DNA from: Mobula hypostoma
Taxonomy: Eukaryota
Reading direction: 5' to 3'
Length of the DNA: 64,000 nt
Assembly (NCBI RefSeq): GCF_963921235.1
Contig: NC_086097.1
Coordinates: 107,696,001-107,760,000 of the forward strand
The position numbers and the translations under genes are program-made. The notes beneath the pieces are model-generated. The model did not search any database. It worked only from the letters and a program-made list of their open reading frames with translations, and had not been told where the DNA came from. Positions within the stretch are counted from its first letter, which is position 1. The number at the start of each line of letters is the position of its first letter. Of the stretch, positions 62,139-64,000 are shown in pieces.

Positions 62139-62622
62139 TTATCTGTCTTACCTTACAGCCTCCAATTTGTTGTCTCCAGTCACTTGTGTTTTGAATACAG
62201 CTACTGCCCACTTAAGTGTTCCCTGGCCTCCAGCTACAAATTAGAAGCTGCAGAGCTTTCATTACTATTGAGAGAAAAGCATCTTGTAGAAACGTATCTC
62301 CACCTATATCATGGGGTTCAATGGGAAATCAGTTTCGCAATGTAGAAAAATCATAATACAGAGAGTTTTCTCGGAATGCACCCCCTCTGTAACATTGGGT
62401 GCAACCTGTATCAAAGTCAACTATCAGTTAGCAAGACTGTAATCTTATCTCATAAAACTTCTAAGATCATATAGTATGGACTATGTAACTTATCAGATAC
62501 TGTATCCTGTCAAATACAACAACAAATATATTAAAAAACTGATAGAAACAAACTGCTAATCCTTTGTCTACTTGTTCAATATTAAGTGGGTTAACAGTAA
62601 AATAACAAACAAAAGAACATCA

Positions 62623-62721
62623 CCTGAATGAAGGGGCTCAGCCTGAAACATTGACCATCTATTAATTTCCTTGGATACTGCCTGATCTGCTGAGTTCCTC
62701 CAGCAATTTCTGGGTGTTGCT
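62623..62721 (+). mobile_element. Penelope-derived short element (hammerhead motif plus tail)
   Basis: CCTGAATGAAGGGGCTCAGCCTGAAACATTGAC followed by GATACTGCCTGATCTGCTGAG; retains the GAAA box. Confidence 0.75.
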
Positions 62722-62991
62722 TTATCATTAAAATGTGTTAATTTTTTTTCATCATTTAAAATTATCAATGCAATCCTCCAGACAAATAAAAAAACCATGG
62801 TTAGTCAAGGCACCAATTGATGAATAGAGCAAATTAACTGGTTATCTTGATACCTTAGATGCAAGTGACAGAATACTTGCATGAGAGTCACTTCTCCTTA
62901 GGGTAAGGATAATAGTAAGATTTTTTTAATATAGGCAGTGAATATTAAAACTGCACAACAGTTAACCATCTGCCCTATCAATTGTACTTAC

Positions 62992-63083
62992 TTGTAAGAA
63001 TCAATGGATTAAACAGCAAGGAAGAAGACAACAGCTTATGGTTGCCTTCCAGATGCTGAATTTCAGCCTTTGCATACCAAGCC
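62992..63083 (-). CDS. Candidate exon (AWYAKAEIQHLEGNHKLLSSSLLFNPLILT)
   Basis: Consensus donor GTAAGT; its phase-1 end fits the 52287 acceptor; the acceptor is A-rich and weak. Confidence 0.3.
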
Positions 63084-64000
63084 CTGTTTATTATTGTCAA
63101 TCTGTTCAGTCCTCATTATTCTGCAGTGTGTTCACTGGTTAAGAATAAACCAGATGTCTCTGTAGAACTTAAAAATCATCGGGTATGCTGTTTTTAACAA
63201 TCAGGATATAAACTTATAGGTCCTTAATATAAATTTGTATTTAAGCCTGCAGCACAAATACTTCCACAGATACAAATTCTGTCTTCCTCATTGAAAGAAA
63301 TACTTAGATCATAAAGTAAGGCCATCAGTAGAATCAGATGCTTTAGATGTATGTACATATTGCAGAAATAATTAAAAATTGAAAAATACAATTAAAATAA
63401 AATCACTTTCCTGACACACCCTCTCAGCTGTCTATGCAATCTTTCTGAGACATGCTCTTCTGCCATTTACTATTTACATAGATGCAAAGCAAACAGAACA
63501 GAAAATGACATAATGTATTTCATTAAAGTGGAACATATTTTAGTGAAGAAAGATCTAGGATAATGGCATTTCTCAGCTTAAGTAATTTCCACATTAAGTG
63601 TTGGGAAGCATGCTCAATTTTAAAAAGGAAAACAGCTTCATAGAGATAACCAATCCTAATTCTGACTGTGAAATGAACCCATCATCCATAGAATTACCAG
63701 CAAATGGTAACCCATATAAAAACTGAATATGAACTTACTCTAGTGCTAGTTCAAGAATTATGTTTGAACACACATAAAATGCTGGCACAGCTCAGCAGGT
63801 CAGGCAGCATCTATGGAGGGCAATAAACATTCAGCGCTGTGTCCTCTAGTCTTAGACTCCTTCACCATAGGAAACATCGTCTTTGCATCCACTCTATTGA
63901 GGCTTTCAACATTCCATAAGTTTCAGTGAGGAAGTGCGTGAGATGTAGGTGTTCTGGTCTCCAACTGGAGACATGGTTTCCAATCCCACTCCTGGCATCT

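Overview
This is a eukaryotic, vertebrate-type window made almost entirely of transposable elements. The mix of CR1, Rex1/Babar, RTE, Penelope, Gypsy, hAT, Chapaev-like and Tc1-MITE elements suggests a cartilaginous fish (inference only). No rRNA, CRISPR array or intact cellular ORF was seen, and most ORFs in the track are decayed retroelement fragments or microsatellite read-through. The main elements are a full-length but decayed Gmr1-type Gypsy element (40711-47267, minus strand; integrase upstream of RT, tRNA-Pro PBS), a TSD-flanked two-LTR mini-retrotransposon with only ~160 bp of internal sequence, VNTR-bearing LTRs and an apparent self-priming site (10099-12043), and Penelope elements plus ~130-bp TSD-flanked derivatives that begin at a minimal hammerhead ribozyme motif. 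Also present are a decayed hAT transposon with an apparent intron and three nested insertions (~16460-21937), a composite Tc1-type element made of two mini-MITEs bracketing cargo (14887-15382), and a near full-length RTE (53290-56960) with its bipartite non-autonomous derivative (61210-62138). A few minus-strand exon candidates may belong to an unidentified host gene. Element boundaries without a TSD or terminal motif are approximate.
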